Shown: piece after piece, positions 1-12,300 of the stretch
Position numbering within the stretch: the stretch's first letter is position 1
Layout of the letters: every line of letters begins with the position of its first letter
Assembly (NCBI GenBank): GCA_000002445.1
Contig: CM000208.1
Coordinates: forward strand, 2,720,001 to 2,784,000
From: Trypanosoma brucei
Taxonomy: Eukaryota
Length of the DNA: 64,000 nt
Direction: 5' to 3'
Notes under the pieces: generated by a model
Seen by the model: only the letters and a program-made list of their open reading frames with translations
The model's database searches: none
What the model was told of the DNA's origin: nothing
Position numbers and translations under genes: made by a program

Positions 1-1431
1 GCATCCCACACGAAGACCACCTTCGCGCAAACACCGAAGGAGTCGTCGTTTGCCACGTTTGCCGTTGAGCAGGCACCTCTGGAGGGAGGCCAATTGGAGT
101 CTCCGCACCGGGATGCGGAAGCTGAGGTGATGGCTAGGGACGGTGCATGCACGACTAAGCTCCACCGTGTTGAGCCACGGTTGGAGGAGCGGGTGACCGC
201 CCGTCGGGAAAACCACGTGGGTAACGTTGTTGGTAGGCTGTTTAGGGATCAATCGGAGGATGCCGTGGACCTCGGGAGCGACTGTTCCAAGTTGCAGTTG
301 CTCATCGTGTCAGTTGGGCTGACTGTGTCATTTGGAGAGTCGGCTCCGTTGGTATTAATCGGCACGCTCATCTATTTGTTCCGTATTGTCAAGCGGTGTG
401 ATTCTGAGTATTCGAGCGTAACCGCAGCGAATTGGTACCGACTCACAGCTGTCGCCCTGCTGGTTGCTACAAAAATGTACGTTGATGGTTCAGGTAGCTG
501 GAATGAGTGTTTTTCGAATGCCACTGATATACCTTTAAAAGAATTGAACAAGCTGGAGATCGACTTCCTTTTCTTGCTTGACTTTGACGCGCTGATCACG
601 GAGGAAGAGGTCGAAGCTCGTGCTGATTGGATGGACTCTGTTGCCAGCCGACACGATATGATGACACCCCTGCGGACATTTGTATTGGGGAGCAGCTGTG
701 CCCCTTCATGCGTGGCGACTCCCTTGTCTCCTGCTGCTGACGAGGCGTTTCGGTCGGTTCCACTTGGTTCTTCCAGCAACATGCCGTCAACCCCATTGTC
801 CCTTACACCATCCAATATGACACCGGTGAATTGTTTCTCAACTCCATTTACCCAGTCAAGACCAATCCGCAACCAGTGTGTCGGTTCTTTGGTTTCTGGT
901 GTTGATGCGAGTGACAAGCAGCAGCAGCAAACGCGGCCTTCAAGCATGCGTCGTTTGTCCTCATCACTGTGCCCCTGCGATCGCATGAGCCCCTTGCCAC
1001 TGTCTGTGTCGAGTCTGTCTCTAACGGAGAGACTCTTTTCGGTTGTTCATGCACCTGCCGAACCAGAAACACCCCCAAGTCTCCGTCGTTTTGCTCGCCA
1101 AGATGATGAACCTGTATCTCCGTTGACACCACCCGACCAGGAGAGGATGTCCCCAGTATTTTTCTTCTGTAACGCGACTCGGGGGAGACGTTGTAATGCG
1201 ATGACGGCAGTTGGGGAGAAAACAAATAAGACATCGCCGGCAGGCAGTGCAGTGCAGTACCGCGTCTCTGCAGGTGTTGCCGGTGACGCCTGGAACGGTG
1301 ATGAAATGGATGAGGAGGGGGGAACGCCTCCGCACCCGCGGCGTTGTATTCTCTCACCACCCACACAGGAAGCAGCGCCACTGCCTCCGCTGGGTATGAC
1401 AGACTTCCACCACCGTCTTCCCAGGAAATAA
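1..1431 (+). CDS. PHO80-like cyclin, 5'-truncated by window edge. The reading frame is open from nt 1, and the track 'start' at 94 is a TTG.
   Basis: Cyclin box read directly from the translation: TLIYLFRIV...NWYRLTAVALLVATKMYVDGSGSWNECFSNATDIPLKELNKLEIDFLFLLDFDALI. This matches the PHO80/PCL cyclin consensus (ALIYLDR...N.HRL...A.KF.DD...ELN.LE..FL..LDF.L). Frame 1 has no stop between nt 1 and 94. The long C-terminal S/P-rich tail ends at the stop at 1429-1431. Confidence 0.85.
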   Translation, partial: ASHTKTTFAQTPKESSFATFAVEQAPLEGGQLESPHRDAEAEVMARDGACTTKLHRVEPRLEERVTARRENHVGNVVGRLFRDQSEDAVDLGSDCSKLQLLIVSVGLTVSFGESAPLVLIGTLIYLFRIVKRCDSEYSSVTAANWYRLTAVALLVATKMYVDGSGSWNECFSNATDIPLKELNKLEIDFLFLLDFDALITEEEVEARADWMDSVASRHDMMTPLRTFVLGSSCAPSCVATPLSPAADEAFRSVPLGSSSNMPSTPLSLTPSNMTPVNCFSTPFTQSRPIRNQCVGSLVSGVDASDKQQQQTRPSSMRRLSSSLCPCDRMSPLPLSVSSLSLTERLFSVVHAPAEPETPPSLRRFARQDDEPVSPLTPPDQERMSPVFFFCNATRGRRCNAMTAVGEKTNKTSPAGSAVQYRVSAGVAGDAWNGDEMDEEGGTPPHPRRCILSPPTQEAAPLPPLGMTDFHHRLPRK

Positions 1432-1636
1432 ATGTATATTGACAGCCTCTTAAATAAATCGTGTATGATGTTTGTTGAATGTTTCTGCTGGTTCAAGCGT
1501 TAACAACAAAAATAGAGGTAAGAAGGAAGATCATAGGGTATGGGAGGTGCGTCGACTTTTTTGTTTGTTTGTTTGTGATAGGAACTTCTGAGAGGGGGGG
1601 GGATGACGTATGCGTTCTACGATACTTTTTTTTTTT

Positions 1637-1669
1637 GTGTCTGTGTCTGTGTGTGTGTGTGTGTGTGTG
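1637..1669. repeat. (TG)n/(TCTG)n microsatellite following a T12 run
   Basis: tttttttttttt gtgtctgtgtctgtgtgtgtgtgtgtgtgtgtg. Confidence 0.95.
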
Positions 1670-2138
1670 GGAAATTTGTTAACATTGGCTCGAGCGGGGA
1701 AGGGCAATTATAGCGGAGGAAAGAAGTTTTAAATGACGCACGACTCCGTTTGCGTTGGTGCTGGTCGGCTCGTAGAGATGTGACTGTGTCACCTTCCTGT
1801 AAGACTCAAAGTGGGTTAAATCCCTTAGAAATAAAAAAGAAATATAATGAGTGTTGTGAAGGAGTACCCGCATGGAAATGTTTATTAGTGAGACACCATA
1901 TTGTGGAAAGGAAATAAAGTTGTTCAGGTGGTTGAAGGGTTGGGTTCGATATCGTTCCATATAAATAGATCTTTTGAGTAACAAGCAAAGGAGAGTGAGA
2001 GACAGGGAAAGAGGAAGAGTTTGGCATTATATGAATGTGTAGCGAATTCCGTGGTTATCTTGTGAGTAGGAGAGATAAAACGAGAGATAAATGATGTGCT
2101 TGCGCTTGTGGTTGCGGTTGCTTGTTTGTATGTTTCTG

Positions 2139-2207
2139 CGTGTGTGTGTGTGTATTTATATATATACATATATATATATATATGTATGTATGTGTGTGTG
2201 TGTGTGC
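2139..2207. repeat. compound microsatellite (TG)n(TA)n(TG)n
   Basis: tgtgtgtgtgtgtatttatatatatacatatatatatatatatgtatgtatgtgtgtgtgtgtgtg read directly from the sequence. Confidence 0.95.
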
Positions 2208-2719
2208 TTATATTTGTTGAAGTCACGAAAGGGGACCTTCTTTTTGTTTTTGTAACGTATTGTTGCCGTCGGGTGTATGCACCTTGTGGAGGCGTTGAAC
2301 GTGGCTCCATGCGGCACACTTCGTTGTGTTTCTTTTGCTTTTATTTAGTTCTCTTTTTTTATATTTGGTTTAGCCACATGGCCCAATAACTACACCCCTA
2401 CACCACCCATTTGGCCTTAACCACCCTTTGGGATGCCCATGGAGGCATTCTACACGGTTGCTTGAAGCCTTCAGCGCGTTATTATTATTATTATCAGCAG
2501 TCTTTGTCACTGTTATTATTTTGTTTTTTTCTTCTTGTTACCTTTATTTTCATATCTTTTCATTTGTACGTACCGGGTGAAGTCAATAAAAAACGAGAGA
2601 GGAGGGAACTGTGTTTAAGAGAGGTGAATTTGGTGTATGAAGCATACGGGAAGCGTAACAGATTTAGGGAAACCTGGTATTTGCAAAAGAAAAAAAAAAG
2701 AAAGAAAAAAGAAAAAAAG

Positions 2720-2758
2720 ACACACACACACATGCACACACATGCACGCACACACACG
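2720..2758. repeat. (CA)n microsatellite preceded by an A/G-rich homopurine tract (2683-2719)
   Basis: cacacacacacatgcacacacatgcacgcacacacacg. Confidence 0.95.
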
Positions 2759-3142
2759 TATAGCGAACCTATAAGGGAAGAGGAGTGATGTTGAGAAGGA
2801 AGGAGAAATAAAACGATGGAGGAGGGAAAAAGGCAACAAAGGAGGGAAATAAAGCCCTTTCGTTCAACAGTGAAAGTGATTTTTTTTTTTCCTTTTTTCC
2901 CACCTTTTTTTGAAAAAAAAACTTTGTTTTCTGTCCTCTTCCTTTCTTCCCCACATAGGAATTGGTTTAGTGAAGAGTGAGCGGGAGTGTGGAATGTAAG
3001 ATGAAGTGGGTGTAATATTTTTTTTTGTTTTGTGAGGTGTTAGGGAGAAGGGGGAAACACTTTGTGTGGTGAGATTATTGTGTTGTTAGTGAGTGGATAC
3101 CGACGAAAAGGCAAGGGAAGGAAAAAGGAGAGGGGGGAAAAA

Positions 3143-3198
3143 ACAACAACAACAACAAAGAAAAGCAAAAGGGTGTTCCGAAACAACAACAACAACAA
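3143..3198. repeat. two (CAA)5-6 blocks
   Basis: caacaacaacaacaacaa at 3143-3158 and again at 3183-3198. Confidence 0.9.
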
Positions 3199-4515
3199 TT
3201 GCATAAATGGAAGGCTTGTGTATATGTTTACCGTGAAGCAACGCGTTGGGTTTACCCGCCTTCCCGTATATTTATTCGTCACCATTAAAGAAAGGGAGAA
3301 GAAATATGAAAAAAAGAAATCCAAAGGGGATGAGGGATGACGTAACTGTTCTATGAATGCCCAACGTGAACACGTGCTCATGCACACACTTATATGTAGC
3401 AACAATTACAAACGAATACAAAAAAAAATAAGTATAAGTAAATAAACAACCACACACATATATATATATATATACGTTTTCCTGTAAGTTTAAAATACTT
3501 GTTTTAGGATTCATGGTAAGGAGAGAAAAGTTATATAATGATAACATGAATATACATATATGAATATGTACGCTTGTGGAGGAGGTGTGTGTGTGTGTGT
3601 GTGTGTGGGGAACCCTGGCAGCGGGAAAGTACATTAACTTTCCGGTGTAGTGGGGGTTATAAGTTTTTTTCTTTCTGTTTTCCCCTTTCACCCCCTTGTT
3701 GTTGTTCCCTTTTTTTTTTTGTTTAAGCTTGTGAATCAGTGGTGCCCTTCTCCATTGCCATCAGTATTGTAGGCGAAACGGTATTCCTATACTTTTGTTT
3801 TTCTTTCCTTTCTTGCAGTCCTTTCCCCTGTCTTCACTCACAACTGTTGTGTGATACATTTGATTACTTTTTTTTTCTTTCTTTTTAAATTTTGGCTGCA
3901 CTTCTTTCGCTCCATGTACAGGTTTACAGAAGGCAGTTTTCTTGGGAAAGAGTGTGTTACTTAATTTCTATGGTAAGTGAGTGAACAATGGATGATTATG
4001 ACGTCTCTAAGGTCGCGCACAGTCATTGCTGGCACACCGTAGCATTCCTTGAGGCATATCTTTTCTCTTGTCTAAAATTCCCCCCATTGCTGCGGCATTT
4101 ACTTGCTGGATTTCACCCTCATTCTTGCTTGTTACTCTTCTTCCTCTTTGTCTTCTCACTGTTTGTGTTTCCATGTGCCCTTTTTTAAAAAAATTATTTG
4201 TTGTATGTACCTTTTCAGGTATTGTGAGTGAATAACACATTAAACAAGCCAGAAATTAAGGGACGTGAACCTAATAGGGACACTCAAGGGAATTGGGGCG
4301 GGATAGTGTGGAGTGGTGAGACCCACTGAAGTGACGGCAATCCCTGAAGAAGAAAAAAAAAAGAGAAATAATTAAAGGTAACAAGGGCCACATAAACGCA
4401 TACGGAGACGTGCTGCGACTTTGCCGGTGTGCCTTCTTAGATTTAGCGTATCCTGGAGTGTGCATTTGACTCCTATCGGACTTGCTTTCTTTTGGTCAGA
4501 GACAAAGAAGAAAAC

Positions 4516-6705
4516 ATGAATATTTTTTCCTTTGGGAGGGAAAGCATGTGCTCTTTCTCAGCCACAGAGGGAAAGGAGAGTGTGCCTCTAACCGCACGGT
4601 CGTATGAGCGATCCCGGTCTGAGCTCTTCGAGGGCCTTACCACCACCCGTGCCGTTGCTCTGCAGGCGACGACCTCAAGTAACTTCCCTTCGAGCAGCAA
4701 TGCGAAGCAGGTACCTGACGGTGAGGGTTTGTTTTCCATGGGCAGTTGTTCCGTATCCACGGACAAAGTGGAGGAAAACTCAACCATCTGTGAGACCTCC
4801 AGGTCTGCTGGGGGGAAGCAACGGAAACAGAAGGGTCAACAGAAACCCCGTAAGGCAAAAACGAATAACTCTAGGGACGATAACAAGAAGAAAAATGCGA
4901 CGAATACAAAGACGCCGCAGCGGACGTCACGGAAGAAAAGCGGGAAGCGCAAGAAGAGAAGGTCTAGTTGTCGAAGTATGGGTGAGGCAAGCGTGCGGAG
5001 CAACGGGACACCTGCAGAGGGAGAGATTGAGAGTAGTAATGCTGAATCAAGTGTTCAGTTACCACGGCCCTTTAATACCCCAAAGGGTGTACCGGCTGTG
5101 GTGCATGTTGTGGCACACAATATCGCAGAGATGCAGGGAAGGAAAAGAGAAAGTTGCGTCCAATCGCTCTCGCGCCCGTTTGAAATGTTCGATCGAATAG
5201 TTTCCAGACCCGAGTGTGGCAAGGATGCCCAGGAAACGCCTTCAACAGCGGCTTCCCACAGCGATCTTCACACCTCTATATCTGTGTTGAAGGGGCAAAG
5301 CTCCACGACCATCGATTTACCTGAGAGGAGTAATTCTGTGGTTGGCGTGTTTGCGACTGCAACAACTCCGGCACTTCCTTCTTCGCCGCCGCTGTATGGA
5401 AGGAGCAGCAGGCGTGAACATACAGCGCGTGCCGGGGATGGTACGGCATACTTGTCGTCGTTGACATTTTCATCATTACTGGGCTCCTTCCAAAAAGAGC
5501 AAGAGAAAACAGAAAGGCCCCCAGCTAAGAGCCCCTCCACCCTTGAGGGTCTTACTCGACACTCTCTCACAGATATGGTTGAGGGTAAAGTCCCGAGTAA
5601 AACTGAACCTGTTGTAGAACGACTTCTCGCACGCACTCTGAGCTCAACTTCTGAGAAAGAGCGTACGGCGACAATTGTGTTCGACCTTGACGAAACCCTT
5701 TGCAACAACCGCGTGAACGGTCCCGCCATACTTAGACCCGGTGCGATTGATATACTGGGAAAACTGCGGTCGCTATATCCCCGCTGCATCGCACCTGGGG
5801 ATGGGGGCTCGCCAGTTCGTGATGCAAGCGCCTCCGCGGAAAGTGTAGGAAACTCCGGTAGCAGAAGCGGACTAGTTCCGACGGATGTGACGGCTGGTAA
5901 TGGTCCTTTGCTGCAGCTGGAGATTGTTCTGTGGACCGCAAGTGTGGAATCGGTTGCACGTCCCGTAGTCGATCGACTTGACCCTGATGGCACCATCTTT
6001 GATTGTGTTATATGCCGCGACGCGCGTTGGTACGACGAATCTGGATACACGAAGGACCTGCGCCTTCTTGGTCGTTATATTGAGCGTAGCGTAATAGTGG
6101 AGAATTCTCCCCTCTGCGTGAAGTTGAATCGGCGTAACGCTATTCTTGTGAGCGACTTCGTGAGGAATCGAATGGACCGACAACTGTACGTAGTGTGCGT
6201 TATACTTTTGGAGTGGCTCGATAACGTGAACAATCTATTGCTGCGAAAACATATGATGCGTGTCAATATGGAGCGTCGGAGGGGCTGTGGGATGTCCGAT
6301 GGCGGAGAAAGTCCCGAACCGGAAATGCCGCCGAGCGAGGCCCAACTAAGGGGTTCAAAGACACCTGGCCTCACAAAGCCGCATAAAGCGGATATGCTGG
6401 GCTCGACTCTTCCTTTGCACGAACTTGAGCGAAGGGCTTCTGCGATTTATTTTGTGGGGAGCCATCCTTTTATTTCACCCTCAACGCGTCTTGTTAGGTC
6501 GTCTGCTTGCCAACAGGCGGTAAGGTATCTTTGTGGAGAGGGATTTGCCTCTGGGAAGATGAAAATCATCTCGAGGAGGCGCCCGGCAGCAAAACATGCG
6601 GCAGTTACGCCAAACACACCAAAAGGAAGATCTTCTTCGCTTACTTCCATTTCACCTGCACCGGTCCCTGGAAGAGCGCCTTCGCGGGAAGTGTCGTGTT
6701 CCTGA
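4516..6705 (+). CDS. NIF/FCP1-homology (CTD small phosphatase-like) HAD-family protein phosphatase with a long basic, low-complexity N-terminal region
   Basis: Catalytic DxDxT motif in TIVFDLDETLCNN. The downstream block LWTASVESVARPVVDRLDPDGTIFDCVICRDARWYDESGYTKDLRLLGRYIERSVIVENSPLCVKLNRRNAILVSDFV aligns with the SCP1/NIF core (FTAS...A..V.D.LDP...F..RL.RE.C......YVKDLS.LGRDL..V.I.DNSP.....N.....S.F). The track start 4492 is a TTG, and the first ATG is at 4516. The N-terminus carries K/R-rich NLS-like runs (KQRKQKGQQKPRKAK..., KKSGKRKKRR). Confidence 0.85.
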   Translation: MNIFSFGRESMCSFSATEGKESVPLTARSYERSRSELFEGLTTTRAVALQATTSSNFPSSSNAKQVPDGEGLFSMGSCSVSTDKVEENSTICETSRSAGGKQRKQKGQQKPRKAKTNNSRDDNKKKNATNTKTPQRTSRKKSGKRKKRRSSCRSMGEASVRSNGTPAEGEIESSNAESSVQLPRPFNTPKGVPAVVHVVAHNIAEMQGRKRESCVQSLSRPFEMFDRIVSRPECGKDAQETPSTAASHSDLHTSISVLKGQSSTTIDLPERSNSVVGVFATATTPALPSSPPLYGRSSRREHTARAGDGTAYLSSLTFSSLLGSFQKEQEKTERPPAKSPSTLEGLTRHSLTDMVEGKVPSKTEPVVERLLARTLSSTSEKERTATIVFDLDETLCNNRVNGPAILRPGAIDILGKLRSLYPRCIAPGDGGSPVRDASASAESVGNSGSRSGLVPTDVTAGNGPLLQLEIVLWTASVESVARPVVDRLDPDGTIFDCVICRDARWYDESGYTKDLRLLGRYIERSVIVENSPLCVKLNRRNAILVSDFVRNRMDRQLYVVCVILLEWLDNVNNLLLRKHMMRVNMERRRGCGMSDGGESPEPEMPPSEAQLRGSKTPGLTKPHKADMLGSTLPLHELERRASAIYFVGSHPFISPSTRLVRSSACQQAVRYLCGEGFASGKMKIISRRRPAAKHAAVTPNTPKGRSSSLTSISPAPVPGRAPSREVSCS

Positions 6706-7023
6706 TTTTCTCTTTGTCTTTCGGGTATGTTGGTGCCACTTGAGGGGTCATATGTGTGCACGTGACAAATGCCCTGTCATTCAGCAAGGAGGTCTGCAGC
6801 GGCACATGTGCACAAAGAAATGTGTACCCACCATCGCCTACGTGCAAGTTCCGCTTCGTCATCATTTCGTTGCGTCGTTGGCTTTCCCCCTCCTTTTCCT
6901 TCCCTGTCTCTGCATGGTCGAGTCTGCCACCTCACTTGCAGTGTCGCAGCACGATGCCTAGATTTCACAGAGTTCGTAGCTTGTGCTGCGGCATGTTATT
7001 GTTTGTGTCGGTTCTAAACGATG

Positions 7024-7026
<3 letters not shown>

Positions 7027-7058
<32 letters not shown>
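7027..7058. repeat. (TA)16 microsatellite
   Basis: tatatatatatatatatatatatatatatata. Confidence 0.95.
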
Positions 7059-7062
<4 letters not shown>

Positions 7063-9285
7063 TTGCTGTGCTTGTGAGGTGGTAAGGGTATACCTGCATG
7101 TGCATTTGCATGGTTAACATGAGGGCTGCCGTTGCACTGCAGAAATCGTTAAGTGTGTAGCCGCCGTTTGGGGCCGGCTTCTTCCCCCTTTGTTTCACTT
7201 CTTTTATCTCTATCTTTCACTTTTTATTTTCCTTCTTCTATTTCGTTTTTTTCCGTTACCCACCCGTTGGGAGAGTTTTGATCACTTATTTTGGAGCGTG
7301 GGTTGCAGTGGTTTGCACGGTGGTGAAATATTTTTCCTTATTATTTCGCTTTTCATGCTCCACTTAAAAGGTATGTATATCTATATTTATGTGTGTGGTG
7401 AGGTATATGGAATAGAATAAAAGGCCAAACTAAAATGCATGAGGGGGAGGGAAGTTGTGAGGCACGAAGAGGGGAAGTGGAAGGGATGGAGGAAAGAAAG
7501 AAAAAGTTCAAAAATAACCCCACCCTCAAAAAAAAAAAAGAGAGGAAGACTAGCGCGAGGGAGATGAAAAATGGAATAATCTGCATTGAGGAATTGTAAA
7601 GAAAAAGGCGAACACACATGCACAAACATACAATAATGGGTGAACCAGCGATGCATATGGTTCGAAATAAAGTAAGGGAGTTGGAAAAAATTTGAAACGG
7701 TGCCCGTATCTCATTTTCCACTTTTTTACATCTTCTGCCGCCTTTGGTTTAGCCCTTCTTTCTTTCCTTTGGTTGAATTCACATGTTCCTTTTCTCTTAA
7801 GTCCGTCTGGAGTTTTCATTGAGGATGGGATGGAGGGTCGCCGTTTAGTATGCATATATATATATATATATATGCGTTTGTGTATTGGGAAAATCAAAAA
7901 TTCCGTCAATGAGTTGGTGTTTTTTTTTTACTTTTTAATACCTTTTTAAAACCCTTTTAAAACAGCAATGTTAGTTGTTGCTTTTTTTTTTCCCCCTTGT
8001 TCTCTTCTATCCAGTAGGGGACTTTCCCTTTCCTTCAGAGATTGTGCCGCAAAAAAAAACCCAAAGGTCTGTTTTGACAGTTGAGCTCGCTTCCATGCAA
8101 TGCAAAAACTATGTTCATAACTATCTCTATATCTCTTTCTTTCTTTTTCCGCCAGCCACTTCCGTCGTATCGCGTCACCCCCCTTTTTGTTGTTTTCCCC
8201 AATTTTCCTTCTTTTCCTTTTTACGCTTCCGTGTGTGCTTTCGTAGAGGATGGTGTGGGGGTTTATTGCCTCCTTTTTTTTATATTTTTATTTTGCAGAG
8301 GTGGGATGACGACAAGGGGCGGGGGGGAGCGGTGAGGGACGAGGAGACATTTTGGATGAGTAATGGGATAATATCACCGCGAGAGCTCGACGAGGGTTCG
8401 ATTTATTGCGTTTGTAGCGCAGGGGGGCACATGTGTGCGTTTAGAGAAAAATATCATATCTGATTCTAGGTGCGTAGGTGCGCGCGCGTGTGTGTGTGTT
8501 TGTGTGTGTGGGGAGGGAAGCCGCTTTAGTTTCACGGCTCCTCAAGCCGCTGTGCCTGGGAATGCATTCTCAGGTTATGGCACAGTATGAGGGCCGTATA
8601 GGGTGCCACTTTTTTGTTTTTTTTTTTCGTGATGGAACTGTCTCTGTCCATTCTTTTTGTCTTATCCCTTTAACATTTCACTTTTTTTTTTTCTTTACTC
8701 CATCTTCACTTTGTCTTGCGGATATTCAGGTACATTTGTGACGCCGCATGTGAAATACTGGGGGAGGGGGAATTCTAGCTGGGTTTGCCCTAACTCTAAC
8801 CTCACTTTTTTTTTTTTTTTAAATCCTTCCTCTCTCCTCGGTGGATGCCATCGGTGGCTGCGTTGGCGCCACCCCCCTCCATCGATTTCTCTTTTGTGTC
8901 TTCGTTCTTTCACTTAATTTCACTTTTTTTTATTTTTGTTTCTTCCATATCCCCCGCCTCCCCCAAATCATGCCTGCCCTTGACTCTTTGCATATTACAA
9001 CGCTGGTACCACCTGCAGTCGTCCGTCAACTTTCTTCCGTTTGAATTGGGTGTGAGAGGAAGAAGCAGCCGTATGAGGGTACCGGGTCTACCGCGACTGT
9101 TATCGACAAACAAACCTCCGCACATACGGTAGCACCAAACCAATACAAGTTCACGGTAAAACTTGAGTATCAAAGACCAGTTCCCCCCTTTGCTGCCCCA
9201 TAAGCTTAATTACCCTAGTTGTGCGTCTTTCTATATGAAAAATAAACGCATGTTTACATATATATACGTTTGTGTGAATGTCACT

Positions 9286-9336
9286 TTTTTTCCTTCTCCC
9301 CCACCATACTCTTTCGCTCTCGCTGGAAGTACAGGA
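9286..9336 (+). promoter_or_regulatory. polypyrimidine tract (putative trans-splicing / polyadenylation-coupling signal) upstream of the 9348 ATG
   Basis: ttttttccttctcccccaccatactctttcgctctcgc, followed by AG dinucleotides before the ATG. Confidence 0.45.
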
Positions 9337-9347
9337 TAGCTGTGTAT

Positions 9348-12300
9348 ATGTTATGCCGACGTTTCCTCGAATCACTGAGTGCGCCGCCGGCAGGGCTCAC
9401 ACTGCCGTTGGCATCATCACGTTTCAGTTATCGAGTGAGTCCTGTGTTAAATTCAAATGCAGTTGGTGGTGACACAGGGGGTGTGGATGACCGGCTGCAC
9501 GTCACGCCCTTCTTTGCTTCACTGTTTCCTAATCACTTTGCGGTAATAGGGTCGTGCGCAGAAAACAACAACTCCGCACTTTCATTAAAGTGCCCGCTCA
9601 CCGCAAGGAGGGTTGCAGCGGCACCGCGCGTCACCGAACGTGTGGGGGATAGAAAAAGCAGTGTAAAGGCACAGCCGCTTCATCCTTGGCACGCTATTGC
9701 AAATATTAAACATGCTGTTCTCTATGGTTCAAATGGGGAGGACGGAGACAACAACCCCGAGCCTGATGCAAGTGGAACATCTCAAGCAAAATGCTGCTCG
9801 TTTACTATGCTCGAGGGGAGCCGTGACGCTGGAACGTCTACCGACGCGCAGCTTCACACGCGAGGGACCACGGATTCGGATTGCGCAGATAAGGAAGACG
9901 AGGAGCTTTTGCTCACTGCTATGAGGGCACGCCTGGCACGCTATTCCGTCCGAAATGATCCTACCACCAGTTCCAACGCCGCTTCCATTTGCAGTAACAA
10001 TTGCACCGATGAAGATACGGAGAAAGCCGCTCGCGACAGTGTGCCACATAAGAAACCCCTTACTCTGGAGCGGGTGATGCACGCTTCCGCCTACGCATTT
10101 CACCACACGTTTGAGGCCCTTGTACGCGACAAGCAAGATTGGCTGGCGGTTAAGTTGTTGCGCCGCTGGTGGCATCACAATCCACATCTCTTTCCACTCG
10201 AACTGCAGTTGCAGCAGCGAAAGGAGGTTGCGGATGTTTTGCGTAGGGTACGGCTGGGGGGAGAAATAATTGATGATCGAGACCGACAGACTATTGCAGA
10301 GTGCTTGTCTCAAGTGCCTGCCAAGAAGTACCTGGTTTCGTCTGCGTTATTCGGTCGTGTGTTGATGGTTGCACTCAGAATGGGCGACGCGGTGATGGAA
10401 GAGGAGTTCGTACTGCGTGAATTGCTTTATGACGCCGTATACGGCATAGTTTGCGGAGGCTGCTTAGCAGGTGCTGAGGACACCTCTGAGGTTGCGGACA
10501 CCAAGTCTTGCGACATCGGCAATAAACATGGTGTCGGGCCCAGTGATGATGCTTTGGTGGTTGGTGTGGAGTCTCGATCCTCCGAAGGGGGTCCGAAGTT
10601 TCATCTTTACAAGGAGAAATACGAAGACTGGCTGGTGTTCGTTGGGGCTATTGCAGCAGCCGCGATGCTAGAACGACATGCGGAGAAGCTTCAACGTGAA
10701 CATAACCGCGGGTTAACATACGAGCGTCTTGTCCGCGCCGTACGCGAAGAGTATGCCAACTTCATGAACAGAGCGTGCCACCCACAACAAGGGCAACAAT
10801 CGTGGTCGAGCGTTCCGTTTTCGGCGGACGTGAAGGAAAGCCTGCCGGTTTTGCCAGGCTGGGCCAAGATGCTATTCACAACGGTCTTCCGTTGTTACGA
10901 GGAGTCTGGAGTGTTTCATATTTCACCTGCCCGCCGTCCAGGCAACTGTGCTCTGCTGTGGAGGAATATTCATGCAAAACTTCTGGAGAAGTTTCCACAC
11001 GTTTTTCATGCGGGAAGCACAGTCGCAACGTTGCTTTCATTGGAGGCACTTGAGGAAGCAGCCGTGTCAGCCATGGGTACGCGCCGTCTTTCCTTTGTTG
11101 GGAAAGAGGAGGCACTGTGCCGGTGGCGACTGGAATGTCTATCCTGTAAAATCCCATTTGAGCTGTACGGGGGTGTACTCAATGGTGGTGAAAATACCGA
11201 TGTGGACAATCAGCAAAACGTGGGGGACCCATACAATTGGCCATTTAGTGACTTGCCGCGTACGTACAAGCAGCGTCGAGCTCGTTTCGTTGCATCCTAC
11301 AGCACCTTCTCCCACAACGGCGACCGAGAGAACCTCGCCGCGAGTTCTTCCCTCGCGGACAGCGGCCGACACCAACTTCACTGGAAACACCGTGAGTTTT
11401 TTGGCTCTGGGGTTTGTCTTTCCTCCTCTCGACCAAACATTCCTGTTTTCACTTCCCCAGAGGAAGTATACCGCTGCGAGAGGGATGCTCTGGACGAGGT
11501 TGCTGATGCGTGGCGTTGCACGGTTGAGATATTTCGTGATTACTCATCACTGCCCTTACTTCAACTAGACCCTGCGTCCTCAGCCTTTTCGGCGAATGAC
11601 AGCTTACGGGGGTGCGATGGCGATACAGCTTTGGAGGTTTCTAAGCCGTCCATGTTTGTTTTTCTGCGCCTTATGTCCCTGTTGGCCTCGACGGGCAACC
11701 CGCCAAATATCACTGCTGAGAAAGGATCGGCTGGTGATCTGCACTTTCCTCTGGTGGAGTGTATCGAGAGGGACATTATCCCTTTGTGTCATCCGAGTGT
11801 TGCAGCACACTTGCGCCGCTGTTGTGTTACCCATTTATCACGAAGTGGCACGCGGGGAGTGCGGCTGCTTTTGGCTCAGCACCAATTGCTCTTGTCGCAG
11901 AAGTTGAATGAGGATGCTGCCTTGGAGCGACTCCTGACCGGGTTGTTGTGGTCGGGGGGCAATGGAAGTCACGAGGGCGTGTGTCCTCGTGGCTGCTTCT
12001 CCTTTGGAAGCGGGTCGTTAGCATGGCAGTTTATTGCCCAGCAGCGTCGCACTTTCTCCTCTTCATCTGGTTGGTTTATGCTTGATTTGATTCTTTCGCA
12101 CTTGGTGACGCTCTCTCTCTCGATACCTGATGACCACAGGTGTGCGGTGTTCGTTTCATCCAACATGATTGCCGTCGCAAGTGACAACGCGCGTGAAGAC
12201 ACCGCTGTGCATTCTTCACTTCGGGGTGAGTTGAGTTGTAACCCGCCACCTGCACAGCATCTGTATGTTTCGCTACTACAGTTGCTGGCGTGGGTCGTTG

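Noticed and set aside
1935-1955. tRNA T-loop-like strings (ggttcgatatcg at about 1943, ggttcgattt at about 8418)
   Set aside because: Flanking sequence does not form the T-stem or acceptor stem, and no anticodon arm is present. No tRNA gene is supportable in this window.
5268-6050. Long antisense ORFs inside plus-strand genes (5268..6050, 9729..10313, 12605..13063, 33791..34252, 46659..47333 and others)
   Set aside because: All lie fully within stronger sense-strand genes that have homology or length support. They are S/T/P/R-rich low-complexity translations typical of antisense frames in GC-moderate coding DNA. The whole window otherwise shows a single transcription direction.
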